Shown here piece after piece: positions 37,220 through 47,462 of a DNA stretch of 64,000 nt. The stretch covers positions 128,001-192,000 of the forward strand of contig CAVQNG010000005.1 of NCBI GenBank assembly GCA_963713825.1. Reading direction: 5' to 3'. The DNA comes from an uncultured Acidobacteriota bacterium (GTDB lineage Bacteria > Acidobacteriota > Thermoanaerobaculia > Multivoradales > JAHEKO01). The notes beneath the pieces were generated by a model, which did no database searches, was not told where the DNA came from, and was given only the letters and a program-made list of their open reading frames with translations. The translations under genes and the position numbers were made by a program. Each line of letters opens with the position of its first letter. The stretch's first letter is position 1.

Positions 37220-38359
37220 ATGGATCGCCGTGAATTCTTGACAGCTGGAGCCGCGGTGGGCGCCGTCGGCCTGGGCAGGTTGGTGGCTTTCCCCGATCGG
37301 TCGGTGGCCGCACCGCAGGTCGCCGGGCAAGTCGCTTCGCCGGTCGGTACGATCCGCCTGAACTCGAACGAGAATCCGCTTGGCCTCTCACCCTCTGCCC
37401 GCATGGCGGTCGAGAAGGGGATCGCCGAGGCGAATCGCTACCCGGATGCGGCACGCGAGCAGCTGGCCGATGCGCTGGCGCTGAGGCTGGGCGTGAAGTC
37501 GGAGAACATCGTCCTCGGCAACGGCTCGACCGAAATCCTCCAGATCATCGTGCAGGCTTCCAATGCTCCGCAGGGCAGGCTGGTGATGGCGGACCCGACG
37601 TTCGAGGCCATCTCCTTTTATCAGCGCACTCTGACCTACACGACCGAGAAAGTCCCTCTGACCTCCAGCTTCGCCCATGACATTCAGCAGATGAAGGACC
37701 GGGTCGCAGCCGGCAACAGCCCGGCGGTGGTCTACCTCTGCAACCCCAACAATCCCACCGGGACCCTGACTTCCAGTGCCGAGATCGATGCCTGGATTGC
37801 GGCAGCGCCGGAGACGGTCCTGTTCGCAGTGGACGAGGCCTATCTCGAGTACGTCGAGGCGCCTGGATACTGGTCGGCTCTCAAGTGGATCCAGGACCGA
37901 CCCAATGTCATCGTGGCTCGCACCTTCTCGAAGATCTACGGCATGGCTGGAATGCGCCTCGGCTATGCCGTGGCCCATTCCGAGACGGCTCGACGCCTGC
38001 GCGAGTTCCTGACCTGGGACAATGCCAACAGCCTGGCCTTGGCAGCGGGCCTGGCTTCCCTCGCCGATGAAGGGCTGGAGGCTCGCGGCAGAGCGGTCAA
38101 CGAGGTGGCGTTGACCATGACCCGAAATTGCCTGGACGAGCTGGGTCTCGACTACCTGCCCAGCCACACGAACTTCCTGATGCACAGAATCAAGGGTGAT
38201 GTGAAGGAGTACATCGGTCGGATGAGGGGGAGGGGACTCCATGTCGGCCGACCCTTCCCGGCGTTGCCTTCCTACAACCGGCTCTCCATGGGACTACCTG
38301 AGGAGATGGAGATCTGGGCGGAGACCCTGAAGGACTTTCGGAAGCAGGGATGGGTTTGA
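37220..38359 (+). CDS. Tat-exported class I/II PLP aminotransferase (HisC-like)
   Basis: MDRREFL Tat motif; LNSNENP, CNPNNPTG, DEAY, RTFSKIYGMAGMRLGY. Confidence 0.88.
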   Translation: MDRREFLTAGAAVGAVGLGRLVAFPDRSVAAPQVAGQVASPVGTIRLNSNENPLGLSPSARMAVEKGIAEANRYPDAAREQLADALALRLGVKSENIVLGNGSTEILQIIVQASNAPQGRLVMADPTFEAISFYQRTLTYTTEKVPLTSSFAHDIQQMKDRVAAGNSPAVVYLCNPNNPTGTLTSSAEIDAWIAAAPETVLFAVDEAYLEYVEAPGYWSALKWIQDRPNVIVARTFSKIYGMAGMRLGYAVAHSETARRLREFLTWDNANSLALAAGLASLADEGLEARGRAVNEVALTMTRNCLDELGLDYLPSHTNFLMHRIKGDVKEYIGRMRGRGLHVGRPFPALPSYNRLSMGLPEEMEIWAETLKDFRKQGWV

Positions 38360-38456
38360 GGGTTGAACCGGCCGCACTTTGTGTCGGCCGGTCGTTGGGG
38401 GCTTGGGGGTCGAAGTGTCCGGTCGTACCTCCCGGCCGATCCTTGAGGGCTTGGGG
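38355..38456 (+). repeat. Module C mini-array
   Basis: TTGGGGGCTTGGGGGTCGAA and TTGAGGGCTTGGGG with hairpin spacers. Confidence 0.8.
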
Positions 38457-38499
38457 AAACAGGGGCTCGAGATCCCAGTATGCCTAAGCCCTTACGCCC

Positions 38500-40764
38500 C
38501 TACTGAAGGTAGCCGAGAGCCTTCAATTGCTGCTTGGTCTCGTCGTCGAAGTCCATCGTTTCGATCTCGGGTAGCTGGTCGAGCTCCAGCAACTGCCGAC
38601 GTATCAGGGTGGCGAGATAGCCGGCGAGAACCGGATACTCCACGGCCAGGTCGATCTGCTCTTCGGGGTCCTGGACCCTGTCGTAGAGCTCGCGGCTTCG
38701 TGCAAAGCTGGCGGAGAGAGGCTCGATGAGCTTCCATTGGTTCCAGATCACACTCATGCCCCGTCTTCCTTCGTAGTCCAGATAGGAGAAGACAGGGTCG
38801 CCACTGGCGGCTTGCAGCCGCTTGCGATCGAGGAGCGGTGCCAAGCTTCGACCTTGCAGCTCCGTCGGAGCCTCGAGACCGGCGAGCTCGAGTAGCGTTG
38901 GCAGCAGGTCGATCTGCTGCACCGGTTCCGCAACGCGCTGGCCGATCGTGGTTCCAGGCAGCTTGAGGAGCATGGGCACCTGGATGGACTCTCTGTACAG
39001 GTCCCATCCGTGGCCCTGGATGCCATGTTCGTAGAAGCCTTCGCCATGGTCGGAGGCCAGGACAATCAGCATCTGGTCGTAGAGCCCCCGGCGACGGAGG
39101 TCTTCCAGCAGCAGTCCGAACTGGCGATCGGCGAAAGCGATCTCGGCATCGTAGAGGTCCATGAGGTCCTGGACGGTCTGCGGTGTCTTCGGGATCTCCC
39201 CGAAGGCGAGGCCACGGATGTGTTCGAAGGAGCCCGCTTCAGGATCGCTGACGTCGGGTGCGAAGGTGCGACGGTACTGCTCGGGTGGGTCGTAGGGGGC
39301 GTGGGGATCGATGGTGTGAACGTAGAGAAAGAGAGGACTCCCTGCCTCATCGCGGTCCAGCCAATCGAAGATCTGTTGGTTGACGCGATCGGCGCGTGCT
39401 GGCTCTAGAGCGAACTCATCGAAGCCCTGGCGCAGTCCGGAGTCAGCAGAGAAGTAGGCGTTGGTCGTGAAGGCGATCGTCCGGTAGTTGGCCGCCGACA
39501 GGAGCTCGGCCATGGTGGAGAACCTCGATGCGAGGCGCTGCTCTCGATGATTGACGCCGTGAGCCGTGGTTCTCAGGCCCGTGAAGATCGAAGCCACCGC
39601 GGGTTTGGTCCAGGATGTCTGGGCCATCGCGTGGTCGAAGACGACCGCTTCTTTGCCGAACCGATCGATTTCGGGGGACACGTCGCGCGCATATCCGTAC
39701 AGGCCCAGATGATCGGCCCGCATCGTGTCGACGACGTAGAGGAGAATGTCGGGAAGCCCGGCCTGGAGGCCCTCAGTCTCCACAAAACCCGGCTCTACAG
39801 CGGGCTCGCGTTGGCTCGACGGGGACTCGATCCGGGGGCCCCGAAGGAAGAGTGGGTCAGGAGTTTCCGCTTGGGCTGCAGCCAGGAACGAGAGCTTCAC
39901 CGCCTGCTCTTCGTCGAGCGGTAGATCGATTGTGACGCCTTGCCGGTTGGAGCGCAGGTCGAGCGATTCGATCAGCGTGCCACGATCGGTCAGCAGGCTG
40001 ATCTCGAGCGCGGCCGCGGTCTCATCGAGTCCGGAGATTTGGTCGAAGACTAGCCTGTCCTGAGGTCTGGCCTCAAAGTAGAAGTCGATCCCCGACCCGA
40101 AGGGCATCGAGATCCCGGTCTCGCTCGCAGTGATTTCTGAAGGAGAGGCAACCGGCTCGAGGTGGAACCGAAGCCAATCCCATCCTACTGCCAGACTCCG
40201 AGCCTTGCCGCCCCGAGAACCTGTTTCTGGCGACTGACTGTATTGATATTCGAAGGTCAGCCGATTGATGCCTCGTTTCAAGGCTTCCGCCGGGACTTGA
40301 ATCTGGTAGGTCCGGGGCCCGGATTCGAGTGAGATGGGCTCGAGGGGGATGTCGTTGAGTGTGGGACGGATCTCTTGCGTCGGGGCACCTTCGAACGAGT
40401 AGGGGAAACACCTCATTTCGAGGCCGAGATCTCGTGGTGACGAGAGAAAGAAGTGCAGCTCCGAGATGGGACCGGTCCCCCAAACGAAGGAGGTGCCAAA
40501 TGACCTCTCGTTCCAGGACCATCCAGAGTCGAGAAAGGCTCGGGCTTCCGCCGATCCGAAGTCCAGCTCAGTGGGCTCGAAATGGATGTCTGCCGTCGCC
40601 AGCTCCCCGGTCAAGGCGAATCGAGTCTCGAACGAATCGGAGCGCTGGCAGGCCGAAAGTACGACGAAAGCCACGATGGGCAAGAGGCAAGTGCGGATGC
40701 ATTTTTCCATCGACCAAGGGTCTCTCTCCTGGGTCGGCCACGACCTGAGCGTCATCGGTTTCAT
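38500..40764 (-). CDS. Sulfatase-like (alkaline phosphatase superfamily) lipoprotein with N-terminal beta domains
   Basis: VDTMRADH, SWTKPAVASIFTG, DPHAPY, SDHGE, LKALGY; lipobox LSAC; exact start uncertain. Confidence 0.87.
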   Translation of the reverse strand: MKPMTLRSWPTQERDPWSMEKCIRTCLLPIVAFVVLSACQRSDSFETRFALTGELATADIHFEPTELDFGSAEARAFLDSGWSWNERSFGTSFVWGTGPISELHFFLSSPRDLGLEMRCFPYSFEGAPTQEIRPTLNDIPLEPISLESGPRTYQIQVPAEALKRGINRLTFEYQYSQSPETGSRGGKARSLAVGWDWLRFHLEPVASPSEITASETGISMPFGSGIDFYFEARPQDRLVFDQISGLDETAAALEISLLTDRGTLIESLDLRSNRQGVTIDLPLDEEQAVKLSFLAAAQAETPDPLFLRGPRIESPSSQREPAVEPGFVETEGLQAGLPDILLYVVDTMRADHLGLYGYARDVSPEIDRFGKEAVVFDHAMAQTSWTKPAVASIFTGLRTTAHGVNHREQRLASRFSTMAELLSAANYRTIAFTTNAYFSADSGLRQGFDEFALEPARADRVNQQIFDWLDRDEAGSPLFLYVHTIDPHAPYDPPEQYRRTFAPDVSDPEAGSFEHIRGLAFGEIPKTPQTVQDLMDLYDAEIAFADRQFGLLLEDLRRRGLYDQMLIVLASDHGEGFYEHGIQGHGWDLYRESIQVPMLLKLPGTTIGQRVAEPVQQIDLLPTLLELAGLEAPTELQGRSLAPLLDRKRLQAASGDPVFSYLDYEGRRGMSVIWNQWKLIEPLSASFARSRELYDRVQDPEEQIDLAVEYPVLAGYLATLIRRQLLELDQLPEIETMDFDDETKQQLKALGYLQ

Positions 40765-40887
40765 AGAGCCCTCGGAGTCTACGCTTCCCTAGCTCCGCGA
40801 GAAAGACCGTCGGCGTCCGTCAAAAGCCTGCGGGTTAGAATCCTTACCTGGCATCCATCGAAGTGCAGCCCAGATGGGAAGGCCTGA

Positions 40888-43545
40888 ATGATCGGCCAAC
40901 GAATCGGACACTACGTGATCATGTCGATGCTCGGCGAAGGGGGCATGGGAGAGGTGTACCTGGCCAAGGACACCAAGCTGGGTCGCGATGTGGCTCTCAA
41001 GGTGGTACCCGAGGAATACACTTCAGATCCTTCTCGCCTGAAGCGGTTCGAGCGAGAAGCCAAGACGGTAGCAGCCCTGAATCACCCGAACATCGTCACG
41101 GTGTATTCGATCGAGGAGGTCGAAGGTACGCACTTCCTGACGATGGAGTGCGTGCTGGGCGACAGCGTCGATCGTCTGATCCCACCGACGGGAATGCCGT
41201 TGGACACCGTCTTCGACATCGCGATTCCCTTGGCCGATGCTCTGGCCGCGGCGCATCAGCAGGGCATCGTGCACCGCGATCTCAAACCGGCGAATGTCAT
41301 GGTCTCCAAGGAGGATCGTGTCAAGGTGCTGGACTTTGGTCTGGCCAAGTTGACCGGCGATGACCAGAGTGATGATTCCGGCAGCGCAGCCAGCCAGGCG
41401 CCGACCCGCGCCACAAGCCTGACGCAGGACGGGGGGATCGTCGGCACGGTCCCTTACATGTCGCCGGAGCAGTTGGATGGCAGAGAGGTCGATCACCGGT
41501 CGGACATCTTCTCTCTTGGCGTGCTGCTTTATGAGCTGGTGACCGGCAGGCAGCCTTTTCAAGGCAACAGCGCTCCAGCCGTCATGTCCGCCATCCTGCG
41601 GGACGCGCCGAAGCCGGTCTCCGACTTCAACGCGGCTGCGCCGCGACATCTAGGCAGGATCATTCAACGGTGCCTGGAAAAGGACCCGACAGATCGTTAT
41701 CAGTCGGCCCTCGAGGTTCGCAACGAGATGAAGGCTTTGCGTCGGGAAGTCGAATCCGGCGAGTTGCCCCCCCGTCGACCGACCGAGAAACGAGCCGGCG
41801 GCAAACTCTGGGCTGCCGTGGCGGTTGCGGTTCTGGCAACGATCGCGGTGGTCGGTTTGATCGCGAAGCTCTCCCAGGGGCCGGCAGCCGACTCGGTCCG
41901 CGACGCCGCTGCAACAGAGCCGGCTACCGCCACAGCCTTCGATGCCAGTGAATGGATCATTGCCGTGCTCTCGTCGGAGACATCCTTCGCCGACGATCCC
42001 GACCTGGCGGCTTTGAACGAGGGGCTGGCATTCACCCTCACAGCCAAGCTCGCCCAGCTCTCTAGAGAACACGACCTGCAGGTGATTCCCGCCAATCTGC
42101 TTCGCGAGGAAGGCATCGACAGTCTGGAGAAGGCGCGTCGCGAGCTTGGAGTGACCCTGGCTCTCAATTTCGATACCCATCGCTTCGGCGATCGCATCCG
42201 AGTCAACGTCCAGCTTGTGGATGTGGCTCAGCAGCGCCAGGTTATGGCAGAGACCATCGACGGCGACCTGGATGATCTGCTGGCTCTCGAAGAGAAAGTG
42301 ACGGTGCGAGTGCTTCGCCTTCTGCGCGTCGAGCTGCGGCCCATGGAGCAGGATCTCTTGCGGGCCGGCACGTCCGAGCCGAGGGCCCATAACTACTACT
42401 TGCGAGGTCAGGGCTATCTCCAGAGCTTCCTCGAAGCGCAGAACATCGAACCGGCCATCGAGCTCTTCGAGCAGGCTCTGCGTGTCGATTCCAACTACGC
42501 TCGAGCCCACGCTGGCCTGGGAGAGGCCTACTGGCGACGCTACGAGATGACGGGGGACCAGAGGTGGGTGGAGTCGGCCTTCGAGGAGTGCGACAGAGCG
42601 GTCGAGCTCGATGAGTTCGACGCGGCTGGACATGTCTGTCTGGGTCATCTGTACAACGGAACCGGTCGATCGGAGGAGGCGATCCGTGAGCTAGAGCTCG
42701 CCAAGTCGCTGGACCCGACCAACGATCAGGCGGTGAGGGGCCTGGCCGATGGGTATCTAGCCACCGGAGAGCTCGAGCTCGCTGGAGAGACCTACGAGGA
42801 GGCCATCTCTCTGCGGCCTCACTACTGGGCGGGCTACAACTGGTTGGGGATCTTCTACCTGCGGCAGGGCCGCTTCGATGAGGCGATCGAGAACTTCGAG
42901 GAAGTGGTAGGGCTGGCCCCGGATAGCTATCGGGGGTACAGCAATCTGGGGGCAGCCTATTACTTTGCGGAGCGACGGGTAGAGGCCCGCCGGGCCTTCG
43001 AACGGGCCCTGGAGATCAACCCCGAGGACGACATGTCCTGCGCCAACCTCGGCGCCCTGTATTTCTTCGAGGGACGCTTCGACGAGGCTGCCGAACTCTT
43101 CGCACGGGCTGTCACTCTGGATGAAGACGACTGCATCAATGTGGGCAATCTCGCCGACGCCTACTACTGGGGCGCCGAAGGCAAGGAGGCGGCGCGTGAG
43201 ACCTATCTTCGCGCCGCGTCGCTCTGTCAGGAAGAGCTGCAGGTCAATCCCAGGGAGCCGTTTATTCTGGCCGACCGGGCCTACTTCCTCGCCATGGCCG
43301 GCGTCGGAGGTCAGGCTGCCGAGGAGGTAGAAAAGGCCCTGGCGATTGCCCCGACCGACATGACCATTCAGCACCGTGCGGCCCAGGTCTATTACGTGGT
43401 TGGGCAGACCGACCGCGCCCTCCGATTGCTAACGACCTCGGTCGAAGGGGGCTATCCACGCACAGAGATTGGCGCGGATCCCCTATTCGCCGACCTGAGT
43501 GGCGATCCCGGATTCGACGCCCTGGTCGATGAATCGCTTCCCTGA
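40888..43545 (+). CDS. Ser/Thr kinase - TM - TolB-N-like domain - TPR repeats
   Basis: [29 protein letters not shown]; multiple TPRs; DPLFADL end. Confidence 0.95.
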   Translation: MIGQRIGHYVIMSMLGEGGMGEVYLAKDTKLGRDVALKVVPEEYTSDPSRLKRFEREAKTVAALNHPNIVTVYSIEEVEGTHFLTMECVLGDSVDRLIPPTGMPLDTVFDIAIPLADALAAAHQQGIVHRDLKPANVMVSKEDRVKVLDFGLAKLTGDDQSDDSGSAASQAPTRATSLTQDGGIVGTVPYMSPEQLDGREVDHRSDIFSLGVLLYELVTGRQPFQGNSAPAVMSAILRDAPKPVSDFNAAAPRHLGRIIQRCLEKDPTDRYQSALEVRNEMKALRREVESGELPPRRPTEKRAGGKLWAAVAVAVLATIAVVGLIAKLSQGPAADSVRDAAATEPATATAFDASEWIIAVLSSETSFADDPDLAALNEGLAFTLTAKLAQLSREHDLQVIPANLLREEGIDSLEKARRELGVTLALNFDTHRFGDRIRVNVQLVDVAQQRQVMAETIDGDLDDLLALEEKVTVRVLRLLRVELRPMEQDLLRAGTSEPRAHNYYLRGQGYLQSFLEAQNIEPAIELFEQALRVDSNYARAHAGLGEAYWRRYEMTGDQRWVESAFEECDRAVELDEFDAAGHVCLGHLYNGTGRSEEAIRELELAKSLDPTNDQAVRGLADGYLATGELELAGETYEEAISLRPHYWAGYNWLGIFYLRQGRFDEAIENFEEVVGLAPDSYRGYSNLGAAYYFAERRVEARRAFERALEINPEDDMSCANLGALYFFEGRFDEAAELFARAVTLDEDDCINVGNLADAYYWGAEGKEAARETYLRAASLCQEELQVNPREPFILADRAYFLAMAGVGGQAAEEVEKALAIAPTDMTIQHRAAQVYYVVGQTDRALRLLTTSVEGGYPRTEIGADPLFADLSGDPGFDALVDESLP

Positions 43546-43549
43546 CCGA

Positions 43550-43972
43550 CTAGCCTGATCCTCCGCCGACTCTGACTCGCGGGTCGATGACGATTCGATC
43601 CTCACCGCAGTAGATCGTGATGTTGTACTCATAGACGCCCTGCGCATCGGGCTTCATGGATGTAGCTCCGGTGCGGCCGTTGCCCTCGTGCCGGCGGTCC
43701 GAATAGGGCCACTCGCTGCCATCCTTGGCCTCGATCACGATCTTTGTGTCCTCACTGTTCGTGTTGAGGATCCAATCGATCGGCTCTCCCTGGAGCACTT
43801 CGACTTCCCATGGATTGATGTGGAAGTTGAATGGCCCATTTCCATTGTTTGGACACTTTGCAGTGATGACGACCGACCTGCCCTGGGCATTGGCCGGTTC
43901 TGCGGAGAATGAAACGAAGGCGAAAGCGATCAGGGCCACAGAAACAACGAACACGTATCCTCTTGGGTTCAT
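43550..43972 (-). CDS. Small secreted beta-sandwich protein, unknown function
   Basis: ATG 43972 after GGGAGG; signal peptide ending ANA; two Cys; YEYNITI...IDPRVRV. Confidence 0.7.
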   Translation of the reverse strand: MNPRGYVFVVSVALIAFAFVSFSAEPANAQGRSVVITAKCPNNGNGPFNFHINPWEVEVLQGEPIDWILNTNSEDTKIVIEAKDGSEWPYSDRRHEGNGRTGATSMKPDAQGVYEYNITIYCGEDRIVIDPRVRVGGGSG

Positions 43973-44082
43973 AGCAACCTCCCGACTGCGATTAGGGTCC
44001 AGCCTCCTAGCTCGTTTTCGACAGTATGCCGATGTCGCCGGAACATGGCAAGTCGGTCCCTGGACTGAAAGGGCCGGAGGCT

Positions 44083-44580
44083 TCAGTCTTCGTAGATCCG
44101 CCAACCGAGCGACTCTGGGTCGACGTCGGAGATCTGCTCGAGGTCGAGTTTCATGTAGCGGCCGTCGGCGCTCACCGCAACTGTGCCATCGGGGAGATAG
44201 ATCTCGCCGGTGCCTTCGAACAGACGTCGGCGCTCGCGGGTGATTCGACCCCTGGCGGTGAGCTCTGTGTCCAGCGGTACCGGCTTGTGGAAGCGGACGG
44301 AGAGCTCGACGGCCACTCCCCAGGTCGTCGGGTCATCCTCGCCGTTGGCCGCATTGATCGCGCGGCCGATGGTCTCGTCCAGGATTCCGGTCGCCGCCCC
44401 GCCGTGCATTCTCCCCGGATAGCCCTGATGCTCGGTTCTACCCGTGAATCTGGCCAGGGTTTCGGGATGACCCTCTTCCGAGGTGACGTCGTAGAAGGCG
44501 ACCCGCAAGCTGGCGTCGTTTCGGACGCCGCAGATGAAGCAGTCGTAGCTGTTGGGTTGTTTCTGGATCGGTTCGCTCAT
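44083..44580 (-). CDS. PaaI/hotdog-fold thioesterase
   Basis: CFICGVRN, HQGYPGRMHGGAATGILDE. Confidence 0.9.
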   Translation of the reverse strand: MSEPIQKQPNSYDCFICGVRNDASLRVAFYDVTSEEGHPETLARFTGRTEHQGYPGRMHGGAATGILDETIGRAINAANGEDDPTTWGVAVELSVRFHKPVPLDTELTARGRITRERRRLFEGTGEIYLPDGTVAVSADGRYMKLDLEQISDVDPESLGWRIYED

Positions 44581-44612
44581 GGGGTGATTCTATGACGGGA
44601 ATAGATCTTTTG

Positions 44613-44642
44613 TGATATTGGTTATATATCGTAGTGATATCA
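44613..44642. promoter_or_regulatory. Putative operator: three phased TGATATCA-like boxes
   Basis: TGATATTG (44613), ATATATCG (44624), TGATATCA (44635), 11-bp period, in an AT-rich island upstream of the SPFH-RHH operon. Confidence 0.55.
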
Positions 44643-44661
44643 TATTTCGAGGAGGTGAAAC

Positions 44662-45558
44662 ATGGGTAATCAGCAACTCGAGAATGTCATCGAACGACCA
44701 GCCAGGACCATCAGTGGATTTGCCATGCTGTTTATCGGCATCGGGTGGGAGGCTCTCGCCGTGTGGAAGTTCATCGACGCCATCCGCTTCGAGCACGTTC
44801 CCACCATGATCCTGGCGTTCGTCATCTTCACGGCAGGGCTCCTCGTTCTGGTGGGGCTGTTTACCGTACAGCCCAATGAGTCTCGAGTCCTCGTCTTCTT
44901 TGGCCGCTATATCGGGTCGTGCCGCATCGAGGGGTTCCGTTGGGGCAATCCATTCGCGATCAAGAGGCGGGTCTCGCTGCGGGTGAGGAATCTGACGAGT
45001 GAGACCATCAAGGTGAACGACGAGAGCGGTAGCCCGATCGAGATCGCCGCGGTCGTCGTGTGGCGCGTCATCGACACCGCCAAGGCTTTGTTCGACGTGG
45101 ATCACTACGAGCAGTTCGTCAACATCCAGGTCGAGACGGCGGTGCGATCCCTGGCCACAGGCCACCCCTACGATCCGCGCGACGCCGCAGGCAACGAAAT
45201 CTCTCTGCGCGGCAATCAGGAGGAGATCGCCGATGAGCTGAGGGTCGGACTGCAGGAACGGTTGTCGCTCGCCGGCGTCGATGTCATGGAAGCCAGATTG
45301 ACCCACCTCGCGTACGCGCCCGAGATCGCCCAGGCGATGCTCAGGCGTCAACAGGCGCAGGCGGTGGTGGCAGCCCGACGGCTCATCGTCGAGGCCGCTG
45401 TTGGCATGGTCGATCAGGCCCTGCGGGACCTGGCCACTCAGGGGATCGTGGAGTTGGACGAGGAACGCAAGGCTGCGATGGTCAACAACCTCATGGTCGT
45501 GCTGACCAGCGAGCAGTCGAGCGCTCCTGTCCTCAACACGGGCAGCCTGTACGGCTGA
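44662..45558 (+). CDS. SPFH/band 7 domain protein
   Basis: [52 protein letters not shown]. Confidence 0.92.
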   Translation: MGNQQLENVIERPARTISGFAMLFIGIGWEALAVWKFIDAIRFEHVPTMILAFVIFTAGLLVLVGLFTVQPNESRVLVFFGRYIGSCRIEGFRWGNPFAIKRRVSLRVRNLTSETIKVNDESGSPIEIAAVVVWRVIDTAKALFDVDHYEQFVNIQVETAVRSLATGHPYDPRDAAGNEISLRGNQEEIADELRVGLQERLSLAGVDVMEARLTHLAYAPEIAQAMLRRQQAQAVVAARRLIVEAAVGMVDQALRDLATQGIVELDEERKAAMVNNLMVVLTSEQSSAPVLNTGSLYG

Positions 45559-45565
45559 GAAGCAT

Positions 45566-45748
45566 GTGAGCGAAAAGAAGCGATTTCTGCTGCGCCTCGA
45601 CCCCGAGGTCTACGAGAGGTTGGAGAAGTGGGCCGCAGACGAGTTGCGCAGCGTCAACTCCCAGATCGAGTACCTGCTCCGGGACTCTCTGCGCCGCGCC
45701 GGGCGCTTGGGTCGAGCAGCGGATCGCTCGTCTGATCTAGAATCCTGA
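45566..45748 (+). CDS. Arc-like ribbon-helix-helix DNA-binding protein
   Basis: [10 protein letters not shown]...[17 protein letters not shown]. Confidence 0.88.
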   Translation: MSEKKRFLLRLDPEVYERLEKWAADELRSVNSQIEYLLRDSLRRAGRLGRAADRSSDLES

Positions 45749-45780
45749 TCCGCGGGCTCGGCTCGACACAGGCTTGGAGA

Positions 45781-46305
45781 ATGGAGCGAATGGACCGACC
45801 GAACCAGGAGGCAGTTCCGGCAAGAGTCGCCGACATCGATTGGCAGGCCTGGCAGCCCGTCGACAAGGGCACGATTCTGTTCGTTATCCAGGACGGCCAG
45901 ATTCTGCTGATTCACAAGAAGAGAGGACTGGGGGCCGGCAAGATCAATGGCCCAGGAGGTCGGTTGGATGATGGTGAGACACCTTTTGAGTGCGCTATCC
46001 GGGAGGTCGAGGAGGAGCTCCGAATCTCTCCCACCGGCGTCGACGAGATCGGTGAGTTGCAGTTTCAGTTCCGCGATGGCTACTCGATTCATGTCTGGGT
46101 GTACAGGGCGAGCGGCTTCGTAGGCACGCCGGAAGAGACAGACGAGGCCGACCCGCTGTGGACTTCCATCGACGAGATCCCTTACGACAGGATGTGGCCC
46201 GACGATCGCATCTGGCTACCTCTGCTGCTGGCACGACGTCCATTCCTGGGGCGGTTCGTTTTCGATGACGATTCGATGCTCGACCACCTTTTGATCGAGC
46301 GCTGA
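45781..46305 (+). CDS. NUDIX hydrolase, MTH1-like 8-oxo-dGTPase
   Basis: KKRGLGAGKING, Nudix box GGRLDDGETPFECAIREVEEE, MWPDDRIW. Confidence 0.9.
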   Translation: MERMDRPNQEAVPARVADIDWQAWQPVDKGTILFVIQDGQILLIHKKRGLGAGKINGPGGRLDDGETPFECAIREVEEELRISPTGVDEIGELQFQFRDGYSIHVWVYRASGFVGTPEETDEADPLWTSIDEIPYDRMWPDDRIWLPLLLARRPFLGRFVFDDDSMLDHLLIER

Positions 46306-46324
46306 CCCGTTACGCAGGTAGACA

Positions 46325-46358
46325 ACGACGCCTTCCGCTGCTGGCGAGAGGGCGTCGT
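46325..46358. terminator. Hairpin between convergent genes
   Basis: ACGACGCCTTC...GAGGGCGTCGT. Confidence 0.5.
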
Positions 46359-46404
46359 CCTTGCCTCGGCTCTCAATGGCCGAAACGAGCTCCTGAATCA
46401 GAGA

Positions 46405-46887
46405 TCAGCCTCCGGCTGCCTGGCCCCCAGTGTGATCGACGTGAGCTGTCAGCATGTGCTGACCGATCCACTGCGCCATTACGGTCTCCGGAATCGAGCC
46501 CAGCTCGACCTTGAGGTCCTTCTCATGGCCGTTCCTGACGATGCTGTAGGTGACCGTCTTGCCAGGCGTCATGGCCTTGGTAGCCTCTTTGAGAGCCTGT
46601 TTGTTCTCGTCTTTGTACGCCACTCCGTTGAAACTGGCCAGCACATCTCCGGCCTCGAATCCTGCCGATTCCGCCGGGCTGTCCGGGACGACCCTGACGA
46701 TCCTCATGGTGCCGTCTTCATTCGTGTCCATCTCGATACCGACCCAGCCTCGACCCTGGAGGCTCTCGGCGTAGGCGTTGAGACACGCTGCCGCGGGTTG
46801 GTCGCACTTCTTGTGGTCGCCGGCCGTCGCCGGGATCGCGGTAACCAGAAGAACGACGGCGGCGGCAGCGATAAATACTCTATTCAT
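46405..46887 (-). CDS. Exported single-PDZ-domain protein
   Basis: Signal peptide; GWVGIEM, VVPDSPAESAGFEAGDVL; AAGGAG favours ATG 46887. Confidence 0.85.
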   Translation of the reverse strand: MNRVFIAAAAVVLLVTAIPATAGDHKKCDQPAAACLNAYAESLQGRGWVGIEMDTNEDGTMRIVRVVPDSPAESAGFEAGDVLASFNGVAYKDENKQALKEATKAMTPGKTVTYSIVRNGHEKDLKVELGSIPETVMAQWIGQHMLTAHVDHTGGQAAGG

Positions 46888-47055
46888 CGACATCTCCTTT
46901 GCGGGTCAGTGCTTCGACCCTAGCTGAAGGGAGGAAACAGGGCCCTCAGGGAGGGGGCGACCCGGCTCCGCGGCTGCGGATCGGATCTCTGAGAGCACTG
47001 TCGCCTCGTGAAACTGACAGCATCTACGGAGGAGGCGCCCAAAGGTTGCATGTAG

Positions 47056-47146
47056 GAGGGTTGAGGCGCCCGATCAGTACCTCTCGGGCGATCCTTGAGG
47101 GCTTGGGGTTGAGGAGTCCGTCGTTCCTCCGGCCTACCTTTGAGGC
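47056..47146 (+). repeat. Module C mini-array
   Basis: TTGAGGGCTTGGGGTTGAG flanked by hairpin spacers. Confidence 0.82.
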
Positions 47147-47219
47147 AGTGCCGCCCTCCCATTCCCCTATGCCCTTTATCCCCTACACCCTTCGTTCCCA
47201 ATGCCTTCAGCGGTACCTG

Positions 47220-47380
47220 AGGTTTGTTCGGGTGGTTCGATAGGGGGCGCCGAGTCGAGCGCAGCGCAAGGTCCTTGATAAGGCGCAGGAGGCGGGGCGC
47301 GATGACGAGACGAGGTGGCGGTCCCCCGCCAAAGTCTGTGCAACCGCCGCCGTCCGCCTGCGGACCACCCGGACGGACCT
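47220..47380 (+). repeat. Module A structured repeat, copy 4 (inverted, most diverged, 161 bp)
   Basis: AGGTTTGTTCGGGTGGTTCGA...GCGGACCACCCGGACGGACCT. Confidence 0.9.
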
Positions 47381-47462
47381 CCGCAAGATGGTGGTCATCT
47401 GCCCAGGACCCAAGCCCCAGGACCACTGCCGACTATGAGAGGATTTCGAAAAGGGGAGTACG

